Part shown: positions 43,603-57,463 of the stretch, piece after piece
How positions within the stretch are numbered: the stretch's first letter is position 1
Layout: each line of letters opens with the position of its first letter
DNA from: Octopus vulgaris
Taxonomy: Eukaryota
Direction of reading: 5' to 3'
Assembly: GCA_951406725.2 (NCBI GenBank)
Contig: OX597819.1
Location: 52,266,001 to 52,330,000, forward strand
DNA length: 64,000 nucleotides
The notes under the pieces: generated by a model
Told to the model about the DNA's origin: nothing
The model's database searches: none
Seen by the model: only the letters and a program-made list of their open reading frames with translations
Position numbers and translations under genes: made by a program

Positions 43603-44829
43603 TTATGTGTGTCTTTGAGTCTATGCTTGTCCCCCCACTATTGCTTGATGACTGATGTTGGCATGTTTACATCCCTGTAACTCAGCAGTTCGGAGAAGGA
43701 GACCGATAAAATACGGGCTTGCAAAGAATAAGTCCTGGGGTCAATTTCTTTGATTAAAACTGGGTCTGAACCTGGAACCATGTAGTTAAGAAGCAAAATC
43801 TTTATCACACAGCCACGCCTGTGCCTCATGTACATTTTTACTCATTTCAATTAATTGTAGTTGGATATCCAGTTTTAATTAAGAAAATAGTCAAACTTTT
43901 CTTGGACTATCAGGCAGAAAAGTTAAACACTATCACATGTAATAAATTAGATAAGAGAGAAGAAATGGGGAAGATAAAAAGAGAGACAAAATCAGAAGGA
44001 GAGAGAGGGGGGAGAAAGAGGAAAATGGAAAATATAAAAGAAAAGAAAGAAAAGAAAGATTAAATGACAAAAAATAGAAAGAAGGATGTAAAAACACAAT
44101 TAGAAAAATAGAAAGTAGACAGAAAAAAAATTCTCTTTTTTTTTTTGGTTTTTACTCAATTTTATTTTGTATTTTTCTTTTTTTTTTCTCATTTAAAACT
44201 TGTTTTCACAAAATATACACAAAAACAAAAACAAAAAATAATAAACCAAAACAAAAAATACAAAAAAGAAACCTGAAAAATTTTTTTTTTAAAAACTAAA
44301 CTGAAAAAGTAAAAGAAAGTAAATTTGGATAAACTAGTGGAAAAAAACAACAAAAAAAATCCCAGCTATCAATTGAAGATTAATAATAATATTAATGATA
44401 ATAATAATAAAATGAGATATAATTTTAATTAACAACAACAACAGGAACAGTAGACCTGGGTATGAAGGAAGGGGGAGGCAGTGAAGAAGAAGTGGTGAGA
44501 GACCACCCCTACCAAGTATTTAAAAGGTGGAGCATATATGTATGTGTATGTATGTATATGTGTGTGCATATGCATGTGTGTGTATGTATGTGAGTATGTG
44601 TATGTATATATGTATGTGTGTGTATGTATGTATATGTATGTGTGTGTATATGCGTGTATGTATGTACATATGCATGTGTATGTATGCACGTATGTATGTG
44701 TGTATGTATGTATATGTAATATGTGTGCGTGTATGTATATGTGTATGCATGTATGTGTCTATGTATGTATGTATGTATGTGTGTGTGTGTGTGTGTGTGC
44801 ATGTAATGAAAAACAGAGGTTGTATTGCT

Positions 44830-45255
44830 TATCCTTTACTAGTTTCAGTCATTGGACTGCAGCCATTCTGGGGTAGCCGCCTTGAAGGATTTTAGTCTAA
44901 TAAATCAACCCCAGTACTTATTTTTAAGTCTGAAACTTATTCTATTAGTCTCTACTGCTGAACTGCTATGTCTTGGGATGCAAACAAACCAACAACAGTT
45001 GTCAAACAGAAGGTGGGGGACAAACACAGACATAATGATACACATACACATCTATATATATCTATATCTATCTATATATATATATATATATATATAAATG
45101 ATGGGCTTCCATAGTTTCTATCTGCTAAATCCACTCACAATGCAGTGGTCAGCCTAGGGCTATAGGAGAAGATACTTGTCCTAAAGTACTGTGCAGTGGA
45201 ACTGAACCTAAAACCATGTGGCTGGAAAGCAAACCTCTTAACCACAAAGCCACTT
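44830..45255 (-). mobile_element. SINE family B (strongly CpG-decayed)
   Basis: Same layout as family B; nearly all CpGs mutated. Confidence 0.75.
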
Positions 45256-45297
45256 TCTAAAAACATCTTGTTTGATATTATCCTAAAGCCACAAATA

Positions 45298-45338
<41 letters not shown>

Positions 45339-45549
45339 GAAATTTATAGAAAACCAAAAGATGAAGACAGGTGTATAAACAACAAACAAGTGTATTAGTT
45401 TGATGCTCAGGAAAGTGAGAAAGTCTTTTACATTTTGAGCCAACGCTCTTCAACAGAAAGGAACACGAGGAAATAAACAGAGAGAGAATAAAAAAACTTG
45501 TGGATTTAGCAATCAATCATGGCAACTCATATATATATATATATATATA

Positions 45550-45639
45550 TACAGGGTTGGCCATATATATATATGTTTTATATATATATATATATACACA
45601 TATATATATATATATATACAGGGTTGGCCATATATATAT

Positions 45640-45696
<57 letters not shown>

Positions 45697-45977
45697 TATA
45701 TATATATTATATATATATATATATATACACATAAGTGTTGGCCAAAAGTCACCGACAGTAAATCAAAATTCCATACATACTTAATATTCAATTTTATTTA
45801 TATGTTCCAATTATGAATGTTTAACAATTGAATGGTGTGACTGAAAATCACTGTATCCCCCCCCCCCCCAACATTTATCAATTTATTAGCGAATCTTCAT
45901 ATAAAATAATTTTTTGTTTTAATCCTGGAATTAAATGGTTTTGGTTTACTGTCAGGTGACTTTCAGCCCACCCTGTA
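45550..45977. mobile_element. Tc1-type MITE with reiterated left-terminus stubs in (TA)n
   Basis: TGGCCAAAAGTCACCGACAGTAAA ... TTTACTGTCAGGTGACTTTCAGCCCACCCTG|TA; extra TACAGGGTTGGCCA stubs at 45550 and 45617. Confidence 0.65.
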
Positions 45978-46322
45978 TATATATATATAAACCAGCTAGA
46001 AGAAATTAACAAAAAAAAAGACATAAAACCATAAGCAATAAAGCAAAGAGTAAAAAGAAAAATGTCCCCATCTTTGTTCCCCCTTACCTCCTACATACAG
46101 TACTCTCTCTTCCTCTTTTACAAGTTCAACACCAGCACTCGCTGAGATCTTCAGCTTCGCCTCCCACTACACAAATTTTCTACCTCATCCTACTGCAGCT
46201 ATATTTCTTTGTTTCACCCTCATCACCTTCCTTTCATCTCTCTGTTATTCACCATATACATAGCATAGTCTTCTCACAATAATTCTCATATATGTGTGTG
46301 TGTGTACATAAACACATAAACA

Positions 46323-46518
46323 TATTAGTTCATGACAAAAGAACAGAAGTTATATAATCACTGGCATTAGCTTACAGCTGTTTCTCCTATAAAAATCTGT
46401 GCATTCAGAGCTGAATGGTTGTGCACCACCATATAGCCTCCTCAGAATCATTAAAAAGAAACAGCTGTAAGCTAATGAAGATGATTGCATAACTTCTGTT
46501 CTTTGGTCGTTAACTAAT
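46323..46518 (-). repeat. Inverted repeat enclosing a hammerhead-like motif
   Basis: Minus strand CTGAGGA (46445-46439), long helix II, GAAACAGCTGTA (46384-46373); second GAAACAGCTGTA on the + arm. Confidence 0.7.
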
Positions 46519-46559
46519 TAGTATTATACCCTGTATTTACCTAAAGCATTACTCTAAAG

Positions 46560-46971
46560 CAGCATTTCTCAACCGGGGTTCCCCAGAACCCGAAGGTTCT
46601 GCAAAAGTTTCCTGGGGGTTCTGCGAGAAAGAGATAAGCTAATGCTAATTTCATGATTGTAATATTACTATACATGCACAACATATTATTGGTTGTTGTG
46701 ATAATGTAATATAGACATCATCCTATCTAACCTATTGTTATAAAAAAATATAACCATATATATATATAGATAGATATATTACTATCCTATATCTCTCTCC
46801 ACCCGTACACACTCAATAATACTATAAAAAGAGACGAATCCTCTCCAAAAAAATTCAAATCTGAAGAATCTACTAGAGTAGATGCAAGCGCTAATATATG
46901 ATATATAAAAACATGTGACATTAATAAAAATCTGTAAATGTACAACCATTCAGATTTATGAGTACCTTATT

Positions 46972-47004
<33 letters not shown>

Positions 47005-47141
47005 GAATGATATTTTCCATGTGAGCTATAATGAAAAAATATGCGAAAGATATGGTATATAATTTTTTTTGTGCAGGGGTTCCTTGAGATGTGTAATTTA
47101 TTTTAAAGTTTAGGCAAGGGTAAAAAGGTTGAGAAACACTG
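46560..47141. mobile_element. hAT (Charlie-like) non-autonomous element with a nested repeat
   Basis: CAGCATTTCTCAACC ... GGTTGAGAAACACTG TIRs; 8-bp TSD CTCTAAAG/CTCTAAAA; subterminal GGGGTTC motifs. Confidence 0.85.
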
Positions 47142-48215
47142 CTCTAAAACAAAAGTATATTCTGTCCTAACAGCAAGCCATAAGTATTGCTAAGCAAAAT
47201 CATATTAATATATATATATTATAGAGAAGTAATCACTTAGTCCATTTGGTATTATATTGTGCTTGAGAAGAAGACCCATCAAGCCAAGCAAAATTGCAGT
47301 TGTGGTAGATACTGGTGTCACAGAAATGACACCTGTACCAGTGGCATGTAAAAGCACCCAATACACTCTTGGAGTAGTTGGTTTTAGGAAGGGTATCCAG
47401 CCATAGAAACCATGCCAGCACAGACTGAAGTTGACTTTAGCTTTCATCCTTTTGGGGTGAATAAAATAAGTATCAGTTGCGTACAGGGGTCGATGTAATC
47501 AACTAAACCCACCACCAAATTTCAGGCCTTGGCCTTTAGTAGAAAGAATTATCATTATTATTATTATTATTTAAAACAGCTTTGTTTGATCCCATGCAAC
47601 CTAAAGTTTTGTAAGCTCATCAGTCTGCCAGAGCTGGGTTCCTGTGACGAGTCAACAAAGTTTTAAGTTTCGAGGGGCCAAATCAAACTGGTCCAAATAG
47701 TAATATGACTCCTACTAAATGTATTGAGTGCTTCTTTCTTTCATATGTCCACCCACTTGTATACATAAACATGTATATTCTTTGCTTTTTTTTTTTTTTA
47801 CTTGCTTCAGTCATTTTGACTGTGGTCATGCTGGAGCACTACCTTTAGTCAAACAAATCAACCCCGGGACTTATTCTTTGTAAGCCTAGTACTTATTGTA
47901 TCGGTCTCTTTTACCAAACTGCTAAGTTACAGGGATGTAAACACACCAACATCAGTTGTCAAGCAATGGTAGAGGGATGGTAGTACTTCAGTATATAATA
48001 ATTTCTATCATATGTAGAAAGCCAAAATTTCCAGGTTAGATGGGTTAGTCAATCCAATTAATCCAAATATTTGACTGGTAACGATTTCAAAATTTGGTAC
48101 AAGACCATACTTTTGGGTAGAGTTGAGGTTATAACCTGAGGACTGAGCTTATAGATATATCTCCTACATATAATAATGAGCATAGTGTTTTTGGATATAT
48201 GCTGCAGCATATATA

Positions 48216-48626
48216 CAATACTGGATTAACCAATAAGCTCATGCTTGGGGCATCAGGGGAAGAAGGGCACCACAGAAATGGTAAATGGTTGACAGTACAA
48301 AAGAAATCACTTTAAATTTGCTAAAATAATATTCGAAGTGGTTTATATGATTGGAAATATAATTTTGTAGAATTTATGGTGTCATAGTGAGGATCTAATC
48401 AAAGACTTTGCAATTAAAAAAAGTAGAAGCAAACTTTTCAAATATGAATAACGCGGAAGTAAGCAAAAATAAGCATATTTTTCCATCTTACCGTTAGTTT
48501 TGTTTCATTTTGAAAAATAAAATTTATTTTATGGTTTATTATTGTTTATACTTTGAATTACATTAATATGGGGGCACTAAAGTCTTTTAAGTGCTTAGGG
48601 CCTCTATGAGTCTTAATCCAGCCCTG
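48216..48626. mobile_element. Degenerate hAT-type MITE
   Basis: Right end TTAATCCAGCCCTG; degenerate left end CAATACTGGATTAA; subterminal GGGGCA motifs. Confidence 0.55.
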
Positions 48627-48664
48627 TGTGTGTGTGTATGTATATATATATATATATATTATTA

Positions 48665-48950
48665 TTTTTATTTATGCACCCTTTTCAAGCCAAGCCAGGC
48701 TCATAGGCCCAGTTTCCTGGTTTCTGTGGCGTATGTGTTCCCCCCAACTGGACGGGACGCCAGTCCATCACAGCGTTACTCAAGAAACAGGAAGAAAGAG
48801 TGAGAGAAAGTTGGCGCGAAAGAGTACAACAGGGGTCGCCACCTGCCGGAGCCTCATGGAGCTTTAGGTGTTTTCGTTCAATAAACACACACAACGCCCG
48901 GTCTGAGAATCGAAACCTTGATCCTCTGACAGCAAGTCCACTGCACCTCC
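48665..48950 (-). mobile_element. SINE family D
   Basis: tRNA-like head; GATGGACTGGCGTCCCGTCCAG...AGAAACC tail; other copies at 40945-41192 and 15450-15525. Confidence 0.8.
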
Positions 48951-48954
48951 ACAC

Positions 48955-48996
<42 letters not shown>

Positions 48997-50155
48997 TTGT
49001 GTACATATATATATATATATACACACAAAGACACACAAAAATCTATGTTCATTTTTATTCTTACAACAAGGCTATGTTATTTTCTGCAAAGCTTCATCAG
49101 AGAAGAAACCTAGGGTTTTGCTGCAAGAATATTATTGAAACATATGCTATCATGTAAGAAACTGAATGAACTAAACGATAGATTACTCTGCTTTTAACAT
49201 TGACTACTTTCTTTCTTGTGGACAACTACAGCCATCTGGTGAGAACCTTATATATACATATGTATGTGTGTGTCATCATCATCAAATATCTGTTTTCCAT
49301 GCTGGCATGGGCCAAATGGTTTGACAGGATCTGGCAAGTTAGAGGACCATGCCAAGCTCCACCGTCTGTTTTGGCATGGTTTCTACTGTTGGAGGTCCTT
49401 CCTAATGTCAAAGGCCTGTATTATTTTCCGAGTGAAATAGCCTCAGTAACTAGATTTTAGATATAAAATATTTGGCACTTTATCATGTAGTATAGTTATA
49501 TTACAGAAAAAAGTCAGTATAACTACACACTAGCATACACATACATATATATATATATAGAGAGAGAGAGAGACAGACAGACACATATACAGAAACAGAC
49601 AGACAGATACATACACACAAACCAAATGTATGTCTGGGTTTTGCACAAACAAAATGTTTTTCTTCTGTGTCATTTGTTTCAAACTATCATTTTGGATTTC
49701 TACCACTATCCTTCAGAAGAAATATTCACTTCAAGCAAGATCAACGATACACAAAGCATTAAGCCATCTAACATATACCTATACATACATCTGGACATAT
49801 GCCTGTATGCGGTTGTGTACACACAGATAAGTACATACATACATACACACACTAAATGGTGTTCATTTGTAAAACAAGTTTGAGAATAAAAGCAACACAA
49901 ACTTTCCCATCAACAAGCTTTTTGTCATTTCTGTCTTAAATTATGGTTGTACAATAAATGTTTCTCTATCTGACATTATTCAATTTAAAAGTTTCAGCTG
50001 TTAAATTACACACATGTGTATGTGAATGTGAGTGTGGTGTGTATGCATATATATATATAAATATATATATACACACACACATTCACACATGTATTAGTGT
50101 CTATATATATGCATAGATTGATATATATATACATCATAAATACATATACACAAAG

Positions 50156-50209
<54 letters not shown>

Positions 50210-50415
50210 AGAGAGTGATGTGTATGTAATGAAAAGAAAAACGTTGACATACAAAGCTATACATTCTATAAAGGGTGTATACATTTATTTTCTTTAGATA
50301 GCCAGTTCATATAACTAAAGATATGTTGACATATCCAGTTGAGTAACAGAACTATACTACACAAGGATAAGTAAACCATAAACATACAGTACTAAAATCA
50401 ACATAACACACACCT

Positions 50416-50446
<31 letters not shown>

Positions 50447-51073
50447 GGTGTAATAAGAATGGTAAGTTGGCAGTTTCAGAGGTTTATTAAGAACTTAAAA
50501 GATAAAAATGTATTTCATTTCAATTAACCAAAACCAGGAAGAGAAAAAAAAAAAAGAAAGAAAAATAAAGAAAAACAATACAATGGTGTAGTGGTCCAAA
50601 AAGAAGAAAAAATTGCGTATTTGTGCTGGTATGTTTTTATGTATGCATGTGTGTGTGCGCACGCGCACGTGTGAATGTCTTTGAATAATTCTGATCATGC
50701 AAAAAAAAAAAAAAAATTTAATTTTTTCTTCAATGCAAACTGTAACTAATTCTATAGGAAAACACATTTTCTCTTTATGGATAGCCTGAAGGTTCCACAA
50801 AAGCAACATAACTCTACATAACATTTACATAGACGTATGATGTGTGCTTGTAAACAATACACACACACACACACATATATATATGTATGTATGTATGTGT
50901 GTATATATTTACATGCGCACACACACACACACACACAAAAGACATACGTATATACATACTTCATCAGGATGTGAACAGTAAAGTGTGAGGTGAAGAAGCA
51001 TGGGCAGTGAGGTGGTAAGGGATGAGGTACCAAATTTACATACATACACTCACACACACACATATATATATAT

Positions 51074-51120
<47 letters not shown>

Positions 51121-51429
51121 CACCGCAATTTAAACTGGCCTTGTACATAAGTGCATATATATGTATGCATGGACGTTTGTATATGTAAGTATAACGTTTG
51201 TTCTGCATTGTGCTCTGATATATTCAACTGATGACAGCAAAGCTTATTTAAAGCAAAGCTAGAAATCCAGGATCTTGAATTATTCAGTAATATCTTTTTG
51301 CTAGTCTATTTTGTCTCTCTGTCTTATCTCATGGTGCAATATGAACATTTAAGGTGGTTCTTAGAGTCAGGGATTTGACTGCTATTTTGGCATGGTGGTG
51401 TCTCTCAGACACCCTTATTTTTAGTTGTG

Positions 51430-51899
<470 letters not shown>

Positions 51900-52485
51900 T
51901 AGGGTTATATATACATATATAACACTTTTGCTACAGTTCACCCAGTTATTGCTGGTTCCTTTTTATACAGGAGATAGTTTAAGAATACAACAAATGTACA
52001 ATGTAAATACAACCATGCATCCATTGCTTTAGCCAGCCATACATATATGGATGCAAAGAAGCACACATGCATGCCAAACAATATATTCACAAATACATTC
52101 ACGTCTGTAAACGTGGAGGTGGTGGTGGGCAGTTTATCAAACACAAAAATGAAATACACAGACACACACACAAGCACTACAAGAATATGAGACATGCATG
52201 AAAAAACGTATTGGAATCAGCTCTATGAATTGACAACATGTAATGTTTCAACTGAGACAGAACTAATGACTAAGGGTTAAAAGAAGGGGTTAAAAAAATG
52301 AGATGAAGCATACAGGCTGTTGGGGAGGGACAGAGACAGACAGAAAGAGAAAGAAGCAAGGGACGTGAAGACTCAATACTTTTTGCAAATGGCACCAGAG
52401 CAGAGCAGAAGTGAAACTATTTCAAACGTGAATGGAATCATATCTACCAATTTCTTTAAACATAGAATTACACTCTAACCCTGCC

Positions 52486-52547
<62 letters not shown>

Positions 52548-52914
52548 TGATAAGTGGGGGAGCATCATAGCCATGTGTTGAAAGGAATTCTTAGAGGTTT
52601 AGATAATTCACCTTTGGAAACATGAGTGGTTCGTTCAACATCCTTGAACAACCCTTATTCAGGGACCTTTTGAGCGGGATGGGTTACTCGACCAGAAGAA
52701 AATTCTAACTGGGCCCCACCTGCAAGGTCATGTACTCTTTATCTTGATATGAGATTACCATGTCGCACACATATGGTTGTGATGCATGTGCCTGGTGTAC
52801 CCTTATCAGACGGGTTGTCATGATGGGTATACTGGGCTTCGTATATTTTGCCCCAGTGTCACTTTGATGGCATGCACTGCTCTCTCACTCAATAATGATA
52901 ATAATAATAACAAT

Positions 52915-53715
52915 AATCCTTTCTACTACAGGCACAAGTTCTAAAGCATTTTGTGAGACGGGGGGCTATACTTGATTACATTGACCCCACAGCTCTTATT
53001 TCTAGTACTTATTTCATCCCAAAAGAATGATAAGCAAAACTGACCTTGGTGGAATCTGAACTCAGAATGTAAAGACATATGAAATGCAACAAAACATTTT
53101 GACCAGCACACTAACGATTTTGCCAGCTCACCACCTGAAATAGCAATAATTCTTCCCAATTCCAGCACAAGTAATTTTAAGTGGGGGGCAGTGTTAGTTA
53201 ATTACATTGACTCCTGTCAATGTAATTGACTAATCTGAAAGGATGAAAGGCAAAGTCAACCTTGGTGGAATTTGAAGAAAAGCCATTAAGCATAAGGATT
53301 CACCCAACAAGCTTGGAGAATCGTTATGAACCCTAAAAATAATCTTTTTTACTGGAGGCACAAGGTCTCAAATTTGTAGGGTGGGGGACAAGTCGATTAT
53401 ATCGACCCCAGTGCGAAACTGGTACTTAATTTATCAACCCCAAAAGGATGAAAAGCAAAGTCGACCTCAGTGGAATTTGAACTCAGAATATAGCGATGGG
53501 CGAAATACCACTAAGTGTTTCATCCACCGTGCTAATGATTCTGCCAGCTCACTGCCTTATGGACCCTAACAATAATAACAACAAAAATAATCCTTTCAGC
53601 TACAGGCACCAGGCTTGATATTTTGTGGGGAGGTGGATAGTTGATTACTTCAACCCCAGTACTTGACTGGTACTTATTTTATCAACCCTGAAAGGATGAA
53701 AGGCAAAGTTGAGCT
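52915..53715 (-). mobile_element. Cluster of CpG-decayed family A SINEs
   Basis: Three to four copies with many CG>TG/CA changes. Confidence 0.75.
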
Positions 53716-54440
53716 GATTTAGGTACAAAACCAACCATATTGAGGAGAGAAGTGTTAGCTGGTACCTTCAATCCCGGTATTTGGCTGGCAGTTTATTTTA
53801 ATAATAATAATAATATAACTAACATGAGCACAAATACAACAGATTTTTGAAGTATGGTGGGGAAAGGGGTATGTGTAACATTGATTAAATCAGCCTCAGC
53901 TGGATTTCCACTTGAAACTTAAACAGATGTAATTAAATACGGCAAGGCTGCAAGGCATTTCGTTCAATGGTCTCTACACATTCTGTCACCCACTGGCCTA
54001 AGCCAATAAAATTTGTCATGGTTCTGGGGTAAGATTGTCTTCGAGATGAAGAAAATGAAAAGAGCAACAATAAAACAAACTAAAAACTACACACACATAT
54101 GCAAAAAATAAAAAAAGGAGGAAAAAGAAAAACAAAAATGAGCAGGTGTAGCAGAGCAATTGCAAGTGGCATTTTAGAATATAAAGATTAGTTTCTTACG
54201 AAACTGTTGAATATAAAAAGGGTTCACAGTGGAAGAGCTGGACAGAAAGAGAAGTGAATGGGTGCCCACAATGTGTGTGAAAGCTGTTACAGGATTGGAA
54301 GACCAAACAAAAATAATAATAATAATAATAGTGAAATGGCACAAAACAGATAAAAAAGAAAACTATAAAGTTAACAGTTGTCATGTTTTCAGATCTCAGC
54401 TAAAACAGATTGCATTAACTCTTTCTTCCACACACACTCC

Positions 54441-54845
54441 TAGGCATAGGAGTGGCTGTGTGGTAAGTAGCTTGCTTACCAACCACATGGTTCCAGGTTC
54501 AGTCCCACTGCGTGGCACCTTGGACAAGTATCTTCAACTATAGCCTCGCGCCTACCAAAGCCTTGTGAGTGGATTTGGTAGACACAAACTGAAAGAAGCC
54601 CATCATATATATGAATATATATATGTGTATGTGTGTGTGTGTGTATATGTTTGTGTGTCTGTGTTTGTTCCCCCAACATCACTTGACAACTGATGCTGGT
54701 GCATTTACGTCCCCGTAACTTAGCGGTTCAGCAAAAGAGACAGAGAGAATAAGTACTAGGCTTACAAAGAATATGTCCTGGGGTCGATTTGCTCGACTAA
54801 AGGTGGTGCTCCAGCATGGCCACAGTCAAATGACTGAAAAGAGTA
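54441..54845 (+). mobile_element. SINE family B (partly CpG-decayed)
   Basis: Full length; most differences from young copies are CpG transitions. Confidence 0.9.
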
Positions 54846-54984
54846 ATATATATATATGTGTGTGTGTGTGTGTGCATGCGTGTGTGTATAGAAAAAAGAG
54901 TTAATGCATATATACATATATATATACACCCACACAAAAGAGTTAATGCATATACATATGCCCACGCAAACTCATTTATAAATT

Positions 54985-55205
54985 AAGGCAGTGAGCTGGT
55001 GAAACTGTTAGCAATGCTGAACAAAATGCTTAGTGGTATTTAACCCATTTTTACATTCGGAGTTCAAATTCCACCAAGGTTGACTTTGCCCTTCATCCTT
55101 TCGGGCTTGATAAAATAAGAACCAGTGAGGCACAGGGACCAATACAATCAACTAACCATCACCACCACCAAACTTTCAGGCCTTGTGCCAATTGTAGAAA
55201 GGATT
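54985..55205 (+). mobile_element. SINE family A (CpG-decayed)
   Basis: GGCAGTGAGCTGGTGAAACTGTTAGCAATG head and intact B box. Confidence 0.8.
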
Positions 55206-55207
55206 GA

Positions 55208-55265
<58 letters not shown>

Positions 55266-55384
55266 GTATATACATATATATATATACTTTTTCCCCCATT
55301 TCCTGAGTGTCAACCTAATATACACTATGTTTCACTTTGTTTTTACTTCATCCTTTGTGTTGTTGTTTTTACACTACTTATTAT

Positions 55385-55615
55385 CCTCATCATTTAACAT
55401 CTGTTTTCTGTGCCGGCATGGGTTGGAGGGTTCCAGAGAAAGTGGCAGGTAAGAAGCCTGCACCAATCCCAGCCATCTGCTTCGGCATGATTCCTACAGC
55501 TGGATGCCCTTCTAAAAGCCTCCCACTTTGCAGAGTGTACTGGATGCTTTTCATGTGTCACCAACAGCAGTGAAATCACCAAGTAATTTGCAAGACAAGA
55601 CCCCCTCAACTGAGC
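55385..55615 (-). mobile_element. RTE-type 3' tail repeat
   Basis: TAGAAGGGCATCCAGCTGTAG...CATGCCGGCACAGAAAACAGATGTTAAATGATG; related pieces at 42740-42955, 47225-47430 and 49275-49410. Confidence 0.55.
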
Positions 55616-55947
55616 ATGCATACATACACAAATACACACACATATATATATATGTGTGTGTATATATGTACAAATGTATGTATTGTGGGTTCATTTTTAC
55701 GTCCATTTTTCTAAATGAGTAGAAATCAGAGGAATATATTTTGTGTAACATTTGGATGCCTCTTCTCTCACAAACCTTGCAATACACTGCAAGTAAGGGA
55801 TACCTTACTCCACATATTATTGAAGATGCCGAGTCAATAAACAACTCGTTGACTGGGAAAAAATTACTGTAACCCCACTACCTGTAACTTGGGTGACTTA
55901 TTTTGGAGAAGCACAAAGGTAAAGAAACAGATACACACACAAATATA

Positions 55948-55996
<49 letters not shown>

Positions 55997-56003
<7 letters not shown>

Positions 56004-56226
56004 AGAAGAAATAAGGTACTCAGAAATCTGGATGGTTTTATATTCATAGATTTTTATTAATTTGTCACACATGTTTATAAATCATATATTAGCGCTTGCA
56101 TCTACTCTATCTACTAGAGTAGATGCAAGCGCTAATATATGATATATAAAAACATGTGACATATTAATAAAAATCTATAAATATAAAACCATCCAGATTT
56201 CTGAGTACCTTATTTCTTCTAATATA
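55997..56226. repeat. ~230-bp palindrome (Penelope-like terminal repeat)
   Basis: TTAGAAGAAATAAGGTACTCAGAAATCTGG ... CCAGATTTCTGAGTACCTTATTTCTTCTAA; single-arm relatives at 10583-10790 and 46840-46980. Confidence 0.8.
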
Positions 56227-56254
56227 TAATACCTGTAGATCACCTCCAAACCTT

Positions 56255-56288
<34 letters not shown>

Positions 56289-56369
56289 AAAGAGAAACTT
56301 CTTTCAGCTTCCATCCACAAATTTCACTCACAATGTTTGATTATATATGTATACACACAGATATATACA

Positions 56370-56417
<48 letters not shown>

Positions 56418-56773
56418 TATATATAGCTAATAGTGAGGGATTATCAATCAAGACAAAATACCTCGTAAGCTCTATGTTGGGACACCTAGCTAACATTATT
56501 TAGATTAGTGAAGAACAAGTATTTTTATGGTAAGGTCCAAGGTTATGGTTCATCACAGTTCTATATTGTAATCAAGTGATCAATAGACCAATTAAGTAAA
56601 CCTATCAGTAATGTACCTATAACGACTACTGGAAACAGCTGCAAGCCAAATTTGCTCCAATAAAGGTAAGATATGTAATGACTATTATTTTTAACTTGTT
56701 TATATATATATATATATATATATATAGTATATGAATGGATTTGGTATTTTAGCTGAGAGGGACGTGTACAATG

Positions 56774-57463
56774 TTGTTATTGATGCTATTGTTGGCTCAA
56801 AGGTAGTTCCGTTCAAAGGAATCCAACCAAGTTCCTCCCGTCAAATTGTCACACAAACTATCCAAGACCACATTACACAAAGTTCTTCCTAGTTTATGAT
56901 ACAGTGTTACAACAAAGGCTCATATAAAGTTGTGTTGTTTGTATACTATGCATGCATGTGAATACAGGAATAAACGTGTTTACTCCTTACAGAACAAGAA
57001 TTTTAAGTATTGAGATCAGCAAACTTACAAAATACAAATTTTTGCAGAGGTTTACCTTCTAATCAACACAGAGTGATCCTAGGTATTCCAGCCATGACCA
57101 CCCCATTGTTATTGATGCTATTGTTGGCTTTTATTTTTCTAAGATAGGTAGTTCCGTTCAAAGGAATCTGTAATACAAACTCCAAGTTCCTCAAAATTCA
57201 AATTGTCACACAAACTATCCAAGACCACATTACACAAAGTTCTTCCTAGTTTATGATACAGTGTTACAACAAAGGCTCATATAAAGTTGTGTTGTTTGTA
57301 TACTATGCATGCATGTGAATACAGGAATAAATGTGTTTACTCCTTACAGAACAAGAATTTTAAGTATTGAGATCAACAAACTTACAAAATACAAATTTTT
57401 GCAGTGGTTTACCTCCTAATCAACACAGAGTGATCCTAGGTATTCCAGCCATGACCACCCCAT
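56774..57463 (+). repeat. Tandem duplication of ~335-355 bp
   Basis: TGTTATTGATGCTATTGTTGGCT...CCATGACCACCCCA occurs twice head to tail. Confidence 0.9.
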
